64,000 nt of DNA from contig NMRA01000706.1 in the NCBI GenBank assembly GCA_002633005.1, positions 90,197 to 154,196 of the forward strand, given 5' to 3'. The notes under the pieces were generated by a model. That model saw only the letters and a program-made list of their open reading frames with translations, searched no databases and was not told the DNA's origin. Shown here one piece after another: positions 1 through 12,300 of the stretch. The position numbers and the translations under genes are program-made. Source of the DNA: Phoronis australis. Its lineage: Eukaryota; Animalia; Phoronida. Every line of letters starts with the position of its first letter. Position 1 is the stretch's first letter.

Positions 1-1829
1 TTTTAACTAAACCTGATTTAAATGAAAATTTCACAATTTATCTCCATAAGAATTTTTAATTACTCATTTAGCCTTGTTTCTATGATAAATTAAGTCGCAA
101 AACGTAAAGTATTCTTTAAAAAATATCACTCCTATTTGTCTATATAACGGTACGCAAAACCTAGGCGTTTAAAATAAAATGCTGGCATATTTTTAAAATT
201 AAAGATTAAACATTGGAATGTTTAAGTAAAATTCACTGAGTCGTTTTCGAGAGCTCGTGTTCAAACTAAGTCCATTTGCCGAAGCTGAGAAAACGTGGAA
301 AACGTCAAGAGTCTTAAAAATCTGACAATCATAATGTTTAGTTAATCGCCGAAAACTTGTTTTTGGTGCATATAACATATACATGACTTAACCATTTTCA
401 ATATTTTAGCATTCACTCGAAATGCCAACTGAAGTTACAGTGCGCAGTTAACTTAATTATCACTAAAACGTTTCAACTTTGTAAGAGGGGTTTCGTGTAT
501 CTTGAGTCAACCAGGGGAGTCTGGCCGTAAGTAGGCCAACAGTTCATTGTGTACAGGCCACTCGCCGGGGAGAATGGTATCAAGAAACCATGCATGAACG
601 AAATAAACAATAGAAATCGTATCGGTGGTTGAAGAGCGCAGTGAACACGAGACTGATCCAGTGAAATGTCAAGTTATAGATAAATTATGAATTTCGGGGA
701 GGATTTGTCTTTTTGAACAACTCGTTGTGTTAGTGAAAACAAAGTCACTGAGGCAGTTAAGAGACTTTGGCTCAGTGCATTCCTTCTCAACGGTCGTATG
801 TATGAAGGATAAAAACTACGTTTTATCTTCGTTTTCTGGGCATCTGTCCATGGTACGTACACCTCGTTTCTCAATACTATGGCGATTCGGTGAATGAAAA
901 GACTGAAGGTGCTTACATAACTGCTCTATCCTTTTAACCAGGAGATTTGATTTGATTGACAGTCCTGTAACCTTTGACCTCGGATAAGTAATAATCAAAT
1001 ATATTATTTCCACCCTGTTAAAATTTGTTGCGCTAAATATACTTTTTCTCTCTGCGTGGTAAACATTTCATATTTGAAGTTCCTCGAGAAATAAAATATG
1101 GTGTTTTGCTAGTCACATTTGAAATATTGTAAGAGCTGTCAAATTTGTGAATATGGTTTGAGATATTGTTCAGTGGAAAGTACAGTGTACTAAAGAGTTC
1201 CGAACATGCATTTTTTTAGTTTTTGAAGTTTCAGTTAAATAATGTGAAATGAATATTTTATAATCGAACTAAACAAGCTTTTTTATGCCAAATGATCGCG
1301 ATTTATTTTTAATTTTGAAAATATGTTGTTTCCAAGTTTCCCGCCATATGATGACGTCAATAATCACTTTGAATTAATGAGTCGACAAAGAGCGCTTTTT
1401 GCTCTTAACGTGGATACGTGGCCATTTTTTCGAGCTCGTAATCGCTGATCACGAGATATTGGATTTTGAAGCTGCTTATGTACCCCCTGAGAGCTAATTA
1501 TACATAAAGATGATTTTTTACCAGCTTAATAGAGATAAAGGTAACTTACAGGTGAGTAATGCAATGAGAACTAAAGGAATTAGGTTAAGTCTTGATGATG
1601 TTAGTAGCTACGTAGTCAATAAACCAAAACAGGGTTAGAAGTCCGCACATTGAAAGTGTAGAACAAGTAAAAAATATCACACGCGAATTGCACATCAAAT
1701 ATTGACCAGCACACATCGAAATTGCGATCGCGTGAACACATTTATCTGCTGAAACAATATGGTGAATTCAACTGCGAGGAATCAACCCCTCAAAAGCACT
1801 TATTCAGTTAAAGATTCCACTTTTTACTC

Positions 1830-4025
1830 AATTCGCTTGTCGCTCGGCATTTCCATCTTTGTACATGTAGCATCGTAACCTGCATTCACTTGGCTGAAAC
1901 ATCTTTCGTTCAGCAGCTTGGCCGTAGAGTAAAGGTTCTTAATATCGCCTTTCACTGCAACCGTTTGTACTTTTGTTCACAAGCACTTGAGTTTATCTGT
2001 TCCTCGATCGCAAATGACGTCACTCACAACTATGGTTATGAGTCATCGGGAAATTCTAGCGGCTGTGCTTTTGTTGCAATGTCCTCAATTGTGTTTTTCT
2101 AATGCTCTGTTTAACTACCTCAGCCATATCCTCATTTTACTGTCGAACATTTTGTTTCTGCAGTCGTGTTTTGCATGAAGGGCATTCTTCTTTAGATGTT
2201 TTCGTTGTTCAATCCTTGGCCAGGGCCCGGTCTCCAATCTTTTTACTCGAAATGGAACTCGAAATTAAGTTTGGGATTTTCTACTCTACTTTTGGGCAAA
2301 ATCAAGATAAGTGTCTGTTATGCTATGCTCGAGTACAAATAACTTGTGTAGATAATTTATTGCCCTTAGTTCACAGTTTGTAAACCCAATATTAAACCAA
2401 TAAGTTCGAGTTTGAACTCGAAATTTTGAGTTTTAACACGAGTTTGTAGCACGAATATGAGGGTCTTCAAGGGCAAACTTGAACTAGAAACTCCTATGCA
2501 TAAACTATAATGTATTCGAGCACAGTCTGATAACCAATTATCTTAAGTTCGAACAAAAGGAGCAGAGAAATTGCCAAAAATAGTTTCGAGTTCGTTTCGA
2601 GTACAAAGATTAGAGACCGGGCCCAGGTGTTATCCGTCATCCGCGCCATTCGGTTCCTCCGGGGCTTATCAAGCATCCTTGAGCCTGGTCCGCATCTGCT
2701 CCATACTAGGACCTGGGGTGTCAGGTTTTAGTGCCTTGAATTTGTTCTCTAGGGTAAGTTGTCATTCTCCGTGTGTTTGTCGACACTGAACTTGCTCCGT
2801 TTGTTGATCTGTTTTCTCTGTGTGAAGACAGCTTGACTTTCAGTTTGGTAACCACAAGATGATGATTTGAGACTATGTCTGGGCTGCACTTGAAACGGGC
2901 ATCTTCGAGCGTTCTTCTTCATCCTGATGCAAGGCAAATTCGTCAATCTGGTTTATTGTAAGTCCGTTTGGTGATACCAATGCTCCTTTGTAGCAGTCTT
3001 TATGGGGAAAGATCTAGCCTCCAATGACAAGGTTATTGTTAGCATAAAAGTCAGCGAACTGTTCCCCATTTTCTTTCATAGGCACCAGTCCATGACGGCT
3101 CATTTCTCGTTCTTTACCAGTATTGTCTGAGCCTATCTTGGCGTTCAGATCTCCCATCAAAATAAGAACGTCACGGCTTGGTGTGCTATCCACCAAAGCT
3201 TGTAGTTTGTTGTAGAACTCCTCCTTCTCGTCCACAATGGCAGCATTCGTAGGAGCATAACACTGCACAACTGAGACTCTGAAAACGTGATGCAAACCTT
3301 GCCGTCAGATATTGGATTCCATTCAACTGACCAATTGGCAACGTGTTTGCTCAGTAGCAAACCCACCCCATGCTCATGGATGTCATCTTCACTCTCCTTC
3401 CTGGAGTATAAAATACTCTCCCCTGTCTGTAATCTCATCTACCCAAAGGTGTTCCAGCGTACCTTGCAAAGTCCTAGTATTGAGAGTACATGGTCGTTCA
3501 TCTCCTTGTCAACTTAGACCCATTTTTCAATTCCTCGAAGGACGCGCACATTCCAAGCACCAGTTAACATTGTTCTTTTATTTGAAATCAATTTCCAAAA
3601 AATTTATCGCGTTCCTGTCTTGTAACTTGCCTCACACTCAGCCTAGTCGGTTGTTGAGCAAATGTGTTAGCCTTGCACCCAACGTCATTAACCCTGGGAA
3701 GGCAAGATGGTTTATATTCAGGGTTTTAATTCGCCTAATAGGCTGGTTGCCAACCGAAGCTAACGGTTCCAGTCTACCCTGCATTTTGACCCACTAGCTG
3801 TGAGTGGATTGGCGAGAGGCAGGGCGTATTCACACACCGGTGGGCAATACACACTTGCATCTCTGGGCCTTCATCCTTCTCCAAGACTGACTACCAACCA
3901 AAGCTTCCGAGCTCAGACTGCTCGGCATCTTGACCCTGAGCGGGATGTGGATTGGTGAGTGCCAAAATGTAACTGCGCACCGGTGGGCGAATACATCTCT
4001 GGGGTTCCATCCTTCTCCGAGATCC
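1830..4025 (-). mobile_element. Decayed RTE-clade LINE fragment (5' UTR + APE endonuclease + linker; RT missing), interrupted by a MITE at 2224-2623
   Basis: Frameshifted ORFs 3157-3438 and 3014-3295 give ILYS...HEHGVGLLLS and VVQCYAPTN...KEEFYNKLQ...ILMGDLNAKIGSD...NGEQFADF...NNLVIGG, typical of the RTE apurinic endonuclease. Linker-like sequence continues to about 1830. Ends are approximate. Confidence 0.85.
2224..2623. mobile_element. PIF/Harbinger-type MITE, copy 1 (400 bp)
   Basis: TIRs GGCCCGGTCTCCAATCTTT...AAAGATTAGAGACCGGGCC; 3-bp TSD CAG (2221-2223 and 2624-2626); near-identical copy at 43253-43659. Confidence 0.85.
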
Positions 4026-4784
4026 CTTGCAGTTTAATCTGAGGCGTAAGGTGCCCAGCTACCAAGTTGTACTGCGAGGAGGTACTGAAAGTGTCTTGAT
4101 TAGATGCAGCTAAATGTCAATATGGACGGGTTTACGCGATCGGCCTTCATTTTCGCCAATAGTTGTCGACAGCTGTAGCTGAACGCGAGAAAGTTGAAGC
4201 AACCAATTTACCTTAAGCTACATACTATCCCTGTTAGTAACATCCCAACCTGTGGCATCATATATACATTTTGTTAAGTGGCAAGCGTCAGGTAAATTTC
4301 AAAATACATGTAGATGATCCATGTTGACCTTTACTGAGTTCTTAGATGTAAATGTACGTGCTTCCATAACCAGTCGGCAATTTTTCTTAAATTATTTACG
4401 AATATTTTCGGTGAACCTTCATCAATTTCTTTAATGTTGAAATTGAAGAGAAATGTATTCTTTATTCCAAACGCTTTTTACCCTTTTGTAAGTGCAAGCC
4501 GCTATTTTGTCGGAGCCTATAATTTCGTCAACAGTGTTCTTCAGACACAACATAGCTCGTCACGCCGCTCGATTTCCGAACACCTGCAATCAATTAATTG
4601 CGTCCTCAGCATTATCGTCATCACTACCATCACCATAATCATTATCATCAGGTGCAGAAACGGACATCTGTACATATAATAAGACAATTAAGTAATTAAA
4701 TCATTTAAACATATTAGTCCATCTCCATTAACATAACATACTTGGCGTTCTTCATTTCATGTGGCAATAATTTCGATTTCGAAT

Positions 4785-5155
4785 ACCAGGAGTCTGTACT
4801 TGCAATTGAACTCGTTGTTTTTTTTCAGTTTTCTGTTCTACTTTTGTTTGAACTCAAGATAAATGTACTATGTTTTCTCTGCTCTTTTATGTAATGGTTT
4901 ACTCTATGAGTCTAGTCCAAACTCACACTTGATTACGTCTAGATTCGAGATACAAACGCTAGGGCATTTGTAAATCTTGAACGTATTTCTGCTGGGGTCA
5001 TCAAGTGCAAGCTTGGATTAAACACCGATTTTCATAAAATATAACGTACTCAAGCAGAGAAAACCAGAAACTTATCTAGAGTTCGTATGAATGTAGAACG
5101 AAAGAAGTCAAATGAAAATTCGAGTTCGATTTCAAGTACAAAAACTACGAGCCCA
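4785..5155. mobile_element. Diverged relative of the palindromic ACTCGAA-rich MITE family
   Basis: Shares the blocks gaactcaagataa, ggggtcatcaagtgcaa and ttcgagttcgatttcaagtacaaa with 2224-2623. Similar diverged copies lie at about 39500-39890, 46280-46610 and 48270-48490. Confidence 0.5.
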
Positions 5156-6226
5156 TGGTCCCGTTCCAAAAAACTGACTTAGATTAATTTTTGACTGAAG
5201 TCTAAGATTTGTTCTCACTTCCAAACTTTGAAACTGTCGCATCCGGTAAGACTTGTATCAAAAACTTAAGTTGAACTTAAGGTCTCTTTATGAAACGGCC
5301 TTGAGGCAAATTTAACTTCTGCCTTTCGGGCCGGATACCCCGGCACCAGACTTGATGATGCAGACGAGCGCATCTCGGCCCTTCCGACAGCCGCCTCTTT
5401 AGTATTTTTAGTGCATGCTTGGGTGTGGCATGGCTACTTCGCAGCGACGTAGGAATTTATCAGATCGCCGAATAAACTGTTAGGCAGAGGTTTATGCAGC
5501 GGCTTTGTAGGTAGTGTTTTGGACGGCCAGAATATGATTTTGGACGGCTTCAACGGGACGGCCGGAATTAAAAATGTCGGACAAAATTCATTAAAGTTGC
5601 TTGAAAAAGCGACTGCATTTTCAATATTATACGCTGGTCAGTCATTTCAGAAACAAGAAAGTTACTACGCAAAAAGTGATTTCTTAAAGCAATTTTCAAG
5701 CTCCCTATGATACTGATCTGTCTTACCCGCAGACCGGCCGACCTGTGAATGAAAACGATTGCGAGGACTCTTAGTTGTTTTTTCTTAGGTATTTCTCACG
5801 AATACTATTGTTCAGGTTTTGTGCATTTCTCATTGTCACTGGCCAATCAAATTTGAGCTCAGCTCATTGACCTTACTAAGGTTTCTTTGGCTAATCCAAT
5901 ATTTACAGTTACACCCTATGAAAAACTGGCATGCCGTTCACACCTCTTCATTGTATCTGTAGTGGCCGACGTTTGCTATTGGAAATAATTCGGGATTTTG
6001 CACAGCCAGTGCCGTCTGTGATTTCCGTCATACTTAATCTCTCAAGCATGAGATAGATGCTCGAGATACAGACTCGGATGCTGGTACGACAAATAATCCA
6101 GCTAAAGATCAAGTGACAGTTCTAGGTCGCCAAATCGAGCCCTGATAATTTACTCCCGTTCAGATTTAAGGTGTTGTCCGGCAAAAGATTCTTGGAAGCA
6201 ATCCGTCTACTATTGTTGCTTCGGAA

Positions 6227-6308
6227 ATGATCCTGATAAAACTGATTAATCGCCGCCGTAGCAGTCGCAGGACGAACGACTCAACGAAACAACAAAACTT
6301 GCAGGGAG
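6227..6308 (+). CDS. Tetraspanin putative first coding exon
   Basis: ATG at 6227. Donor GAG|GTAGGG (phase 1) matches acceptor TTCTGCAG|AT at 6489. The start is not otherwise supported. Confidence 0.4.
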
Positions 6309-9300
6309 GTAGGGACTGGTACACTGTAACACTACTCACATCTCGAGACTCTGTTGGAAACTTGCCTTGGAAAAGGAATTTACCAAAGTTCGTGGCCAGT
6401 TTTACAACTGATCTGCTATTTGCTAAACCAATGATAGTGTTCCTCAATGTCAACCGATCTTATTTTGGTCCACAGGTAGTTTCTGCAGATAATGATCTTG
6501 GATGTTTCGCTAGATGTTCGAAGGTTCTTCTTATTGTATTTAACATCATCTTCTGGGTAAGTACTGTGGAGTAAAAGTGGAATTTCTTCATGCCTACGAC
6601 TGAAAGATGAGAATACCGGTATATGGGCCGGTACATAACTGTAGGTTGACTTTTACCTACAGTACAGCCACAATGACAACATATGCTGTATCTAATCAAC
6701 GACATTTACTTTTAGAGATCCCTGCTTCTTTTGAAAATCAAATTTTGGTCATCCGGGAGTTTCTACAGAATTTGTGTATTTGGATTTAATGTGCTAATGT
6801 GTGTTGTAGATATATTGAATACAGTGCTCCCTTGAAAGGATGGCTAATGTGGACTTATTACGGTCAATTTAGTTGCAATACTAATTACATTTCAGGCGTA
6901 GTTAAGGACAAACATTAAAATTTACTTTGAAACGAGTGTTTTCCGTCTTCGCTCCGTACGTAGCCCGCATCCCTGCGCTAACTTAGAAAATTCTTTGGTA
7001 TTGTGGTCACACGTCTTTCCTGTGACGATTATCTGGTTAAATTATAATTCGCATCTGCTACCCATCTGTTGCAGTGTTCTTCATCAAAATTTAACTTTTA
7101 CATCTACACTAGGTGATCAAGTTTCATAAACGTGTTGACATGCGGATTTTACATGTATGTTGTCGCGGTTAATTGTAGCTGGCTGGAGCGGGCTTGGTAG
7201 CCGTTGGCTTATGGATAGCCCTCGACAAGAAAGTCAGTGCCACCTTACAGATCAGCGAGGACAATACTTTCCGCACAGCTGCTTATATTTTGATAGTAGT
7301 CGGCGGCTGTGTGTTTTTCATCGCCTTTTCCGGATGTGCTGGCGCCATGTGTGAGAACCAAACCATGCTTGGTATTGTAAGTGATTTCATCGATGACAGA
7401 AGTGTAGACTAGCACACTTGCACAACGTATGTGACAGGTTATAATGCACTCCGATTGAAATTGCCAAGCCTTGTTCTTTTATTTGAAACAAATGTCGTTG
7501 ACGCTAAAACGTTTGGATTCTGTTTTGGAGCAGGACGTGACTACAGTGTACATGTACTTGGTTTAGAAAGCTTGTCTCGATTGCTGAAATACTAACCAAA
7601 CCGCTTTATTGCCCTAACAGCAGCCTTTTGGGTTTCGAGCACAGCTTCTGCCTTACTCAATTGCCTAATTCTGTAATCACTAGCGGATCAAGAATAATGT
7701 CCAGGAAACCCTAGAATTGGCATATTATGTGATGATCAACATTTCTTCATTAAAACAGTATAAGAGTGACCGAGCGAGGGATCTAGACCCTTTGGATTCT
7801 TTTTGGATTCTTGTCTTTCATTCATTTTTACACTGTCTCACTTGCAGTACATCGTTTTCGTGGTCCTAATTGTCATCACAGAGATTACCGGAGGCGCTCT
7901 TTATGCTGTAAACAAGGACGAGGTAAAGACATTTGACAACAGTGCTCTTCTAGTCTTGACTCGGATAACCCCGAAAGAATGACGAAAGGGTTAGAAGATT
8001 GTACCAGAGAGGTGGTGGGGAAGCTCTCTCATGTGCTTAGAGTTCAGAAAAAAAATAAAATTATGTTTCAGTCGAAACGTTTTTTTCTTCATGTATGTAA
8101 CAGTGAATCTCCAGTGAATACCGAAGATGCGTATTTCACCTCAGCACGTACATTGTACAGTTTAGTTGAAAATGACGTACATTGAGGTCCGTAGGGCAGA
8201 GAAGGAAACCCACCATTCTCCGAAGCCTGTCGCCAGCGGAGTGCCACACACATATAATCTCGCTCGCATGGCCCATGTAGGCTAAGAGGTGCGGTGGCTG
8301 TAAAAGGACGGAACGGCAATTTTTTTCTCCGTTACTAACTCTATCTATAGCCTTACTAACTGTATCGATAAACTTAATAAGTCTGTCGATACATTTAATA
8401 AGTCAGTCGTTAGAGTTACGACATCGAGGTTGGTACCTCGGTTTCAAATCAATGGAGGACCGAAACAAGCAACTTGTCGATTTATTCAAACTAGGGCTGT
8501 CTCAAAATGAAATAATTAAGTTACCCATGCGTCGTTTTGGAGCGTCACTAAGCGTAAGGCAATTGTGACGTGTTTTGACGACCTATGGACTTTGGCGACG
8601 TATAATATGACATGCCAATTTTTGATGAAGGGGTTTTTCTTGTTGAAAAACAAGCCTCGGGTTCAGATCAGATGCACGGCTATATATTTATGAATCAGAA
8701 GTGCGTAGCAATTGGTTGAACTGCGCCACGAGAGACAATTTGGCAGTTGTTAACTGTCATTGGTCCTTCTTTGACTGAACCCGGAGGTTGTTAACGGCTT
8801 TCTATGAGGCCAAAGCACAGCTAGTCAACGTATTGGATTGTGTTTGGGGATCCTCAGAAAAGAAAACATTGAGTTTATGATTTCGCTTTTTACGAATTCC
8901 AAAGTCTTAGCACCTTGAATGGAGACAATCTTGATAAAGAACTTATCGGATTCTGTTTTATGGATATCACACAAGTAAGTATGTTTACATATCATGGACA
9001 TGCACATTTGAGCTTTTTCTAGGTGTTGTTGTATGAAACCGCTTAACTTTGATGGCAAGATGAATTTAAAAGTTTAACCATGTTTTTTGTGACAGACTTT
9101 CAACTTTCAGTTAGAATACATATCTATGCGAGCATTGCGCCTGTTATGTCTTAAGATTTATCTTTGATTAGATTCGGAATTAATGGACAAAAAGCATGTG
9201 ACTAGAATATACCAACGGTGTCGTTTTTCAAGCTGCAATTCCGTAAAACTTATCACCGTCTTGCAAAATATATTTATATGTAGGTTTTTCAAAGAAGAAT

Positions 9301-12300
9301 GATCATGTTTGTCTTACAGTTACTTTGAAATGTCACAATTACGCTAGTTTGCAACCGATGAGGTGAGCAGTCAATGTATTCCACAGATGAAAGAATTTGT
9401 CATCTGCTTTCTGGAAAGTAAGAAAACCAACATATTTTTAAATACACTACAATCTCACTTTCTCATTATAAAGTCATGATTGCATTGTTATTTTACAGGG
9501 AGCCTATCGATAGAGCTAAAAATTCTATCAATAGAATTAGTAAGTCTATTGGTGGAGACAGTATAAATCTATCGATAGAGTTATAAGTCTATGGATAGAG
9601 ATTGTGAGTCTGTGGATAGAGTTAATAAGTATAGCGGCAGAGATAGCAAGTCTACCTATAGAGTTAACCACGGAGAAAACAGTTGTAGTGCCGTCCTTTT
9701 ATAGTCACCGTAAATACAAGCATAATCATAAGCAAACTACCGTTACTAACATCCCGCCACATGGTTTTTCAGTTGGTGACCAGGCTGACAATGCCTTTGC
9801 AAGAGTACATAAAATCGAACTCGACTGATTACAGAAAGTTGTTTGACGTGCTGCAAACCGAGGTAAGCCTGGGCCCTTTACCCTCATGACGAGCCTGGTG
9901 GTAAAATGTATCAAGATCAATTGCACGTGTTTAGTTTGGATAATAATTTAATCTGATATGGTTACTATAAACCGAGACCATTTTTCTTGCCACGTGAAAT
10001 TCAAGGTTAGTAGTATTTGTCATTGTTTCGATAAGCAACACGATTAGCAATATGAGAGACCCCATGAATCGACTACAGAATCGGTTTCTTCTTCATTACA
10101 GTGGTTAACGCAATTATCCGTTTCTTTATTGGCATCCCGTGGGTCAGGTTGGGGCATCCAGCTGGCANNNNNNNNNNNNNNNNNNNNNNNNNNNNNNNNN
10201 NNNNNNNNNNNNNNNNNNNNNNNNNNNNNNNNNNNNNNNNNNNNNNNNNNNNNNNNNNNNNNNNNNNNNNNNNNNNNNNNNNNNNNNNNNNNNNNNNNNN
10301 NNNNNNNNNNNNNNNNNNNNNNNNNNNNNNNNNNNNNNNNNNNNNNNNNNNNNNNNNNNNNNNNNNNNNNNNNNNNNNNNNNNNNNNNNNNNNNNNNNNN
10401 NNNNNNNNNNNNNNNNNNNNNNNNNNNNNNNNNNNNNNNNNNNNNNNNNNNNNNNNNNNNNNNNNNNNNNNNNNNNNNNNNNNNNNNNNNNNNNNNNNNN
10501 NNNNNNNNNNNNNNNNNNNNNNNNNNNNNNNNNNNNNNNNNNNNNNNNNNNTCTACATTTATACAATCCTAACTTGGGTCCTATATTTTTGTATTCGTGC
10601 GCGCCGAATGAAAGTAATCGTGAGTGTTTCTGTGTTGCAAAATCTCTTATCCTGGGCCGATTTGAAAAATTCAAAGTTGTATTCGTATTTGTTTTCGCTC
10701 CTTTTTTCAAATATTACAGTAAAAACTACGTAAAATTCTCTCCATAAAACGTACAGTTGTTAGGCTAGACTGTAATCAGCTGATCATATCCGCATGAGCG
10801 AAGTCAATTATCCTCGCTCGTGACTCGATGAATAGAGCAGCTTGGCGGCATCCCTTTGACCATGAGCCGAGCGCGTCTCAGCCAAGGTGGATAAATACGG
10901 TCTAGTTCAATTTTCCATACCCCGCCGTTTACCTTAAACACCGGGGTTAGAACCAATTTTATTTAGTGGGAATGTTCATAGCATGCAGCATTTAATCGTT
11001 AGCTTTGAGTTTTTACTTAAACATATTGTAACGGTATTAATGCATTTATCTCACTATCCCTTATTGGTATCAAGGATGTATGTATTTATCGAATCACTTG
11101 TCATCCTCACCGTGGCTACCAACTGTCTTGTGCATGGTCTCTGGATCAACAATAGTTTTTGTTGTACAATCCTTTACACAGCTCTCTTGCTGCGGAGCCG
11201 ATAATTCAACAGACTACAGGGATAATGCATTGCCCAGTTCATGCTGCAAGCCTCCCAATAAAAACTGCACGGTCAAAGTCAACAGCTACACGCAGGTGAG
11301 AACTTTTATAAGACATAAAGCCATGTGACATTTATTTTTACAGAGCATTTATGCCTGGAGTCTTAGTTAAATTAAAAGGCTCGAAGTTAACGTACGATTT
11401 GGATTCGCGATGTTTATTTGAAATGCAACTGTAGGAGAAGCATGTGCTAAACAGTTCGTAAAACTGATTCTACGGCACAAAGGGTGTTCATATCTTCGTT
11501 TACAGCTCGAATTTGCTTCCCTCAATTCTTTTATCGCCTGAAGAAGGTGAGATACAATTACAGTGTAAGTTAGTTATTGCGCTGTCGAAAGTACATGTAT
11601 GATTACAGCTTCCGGCAGGAACGGGGAATACTATACGGACCTCGGATATGCATGTATTAGCCGGCCGTATGTCATATAAACTATATGTATCCTACCACAC
11701 AGATTAAGTAACACCAAGCCACTTGTGCACGTCTACATGTACACGGTCCGTTCTTATAGAAGTTAACTATGCGAGTAAATCTACAGGTAACATATCGTGG
11801 GCGGCGCAGCGCTGAAATAAGTGGGGCTATAGCCCCAGCCCGATGTGGTGCGCGCCGCCAATGCGCCATGCTAATACATGTAAGAGTTCACAGGATAAAG
11901 GGACCAGGTCTTCAGTCTGCCTTTCATTTTAGGGATGTATTCCAGCCCTGGAAAATCTACTAACGAGTCACAGCAATGCCATTATTGGTGTGGCAGTTGG
12001 TGTAGCTGTCTTGCAGGTAAAAATGCATCCTGTTATCTCCGTATGTAGTGGCGTTATGGACAATATATGCTCAGATCTCCGTGTGTAGCGGCTTTGCATG
12101 TAAACAATACATGTATAAGCCGGGAACTCCTTACCGGTAGAAATACATGCCGTGATCTCCATGGGTAGCGATTTTGCAGGTAACAATACATGCCGAGATG
12201 TCCATTTGCAGCGCATTTGTTGCAAGTAAAAACATACGTCTTGATCTCCATTTGTACTGGCGTCAGGAAACAATATATGCCTCGATTTCCAAGTTTAGCG

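Noticed and set aside
10101-10747. Long ORFs spanning the first gap (and likewise 19996-20837)
   Set aside because: Artefacts of N runs translated as X.
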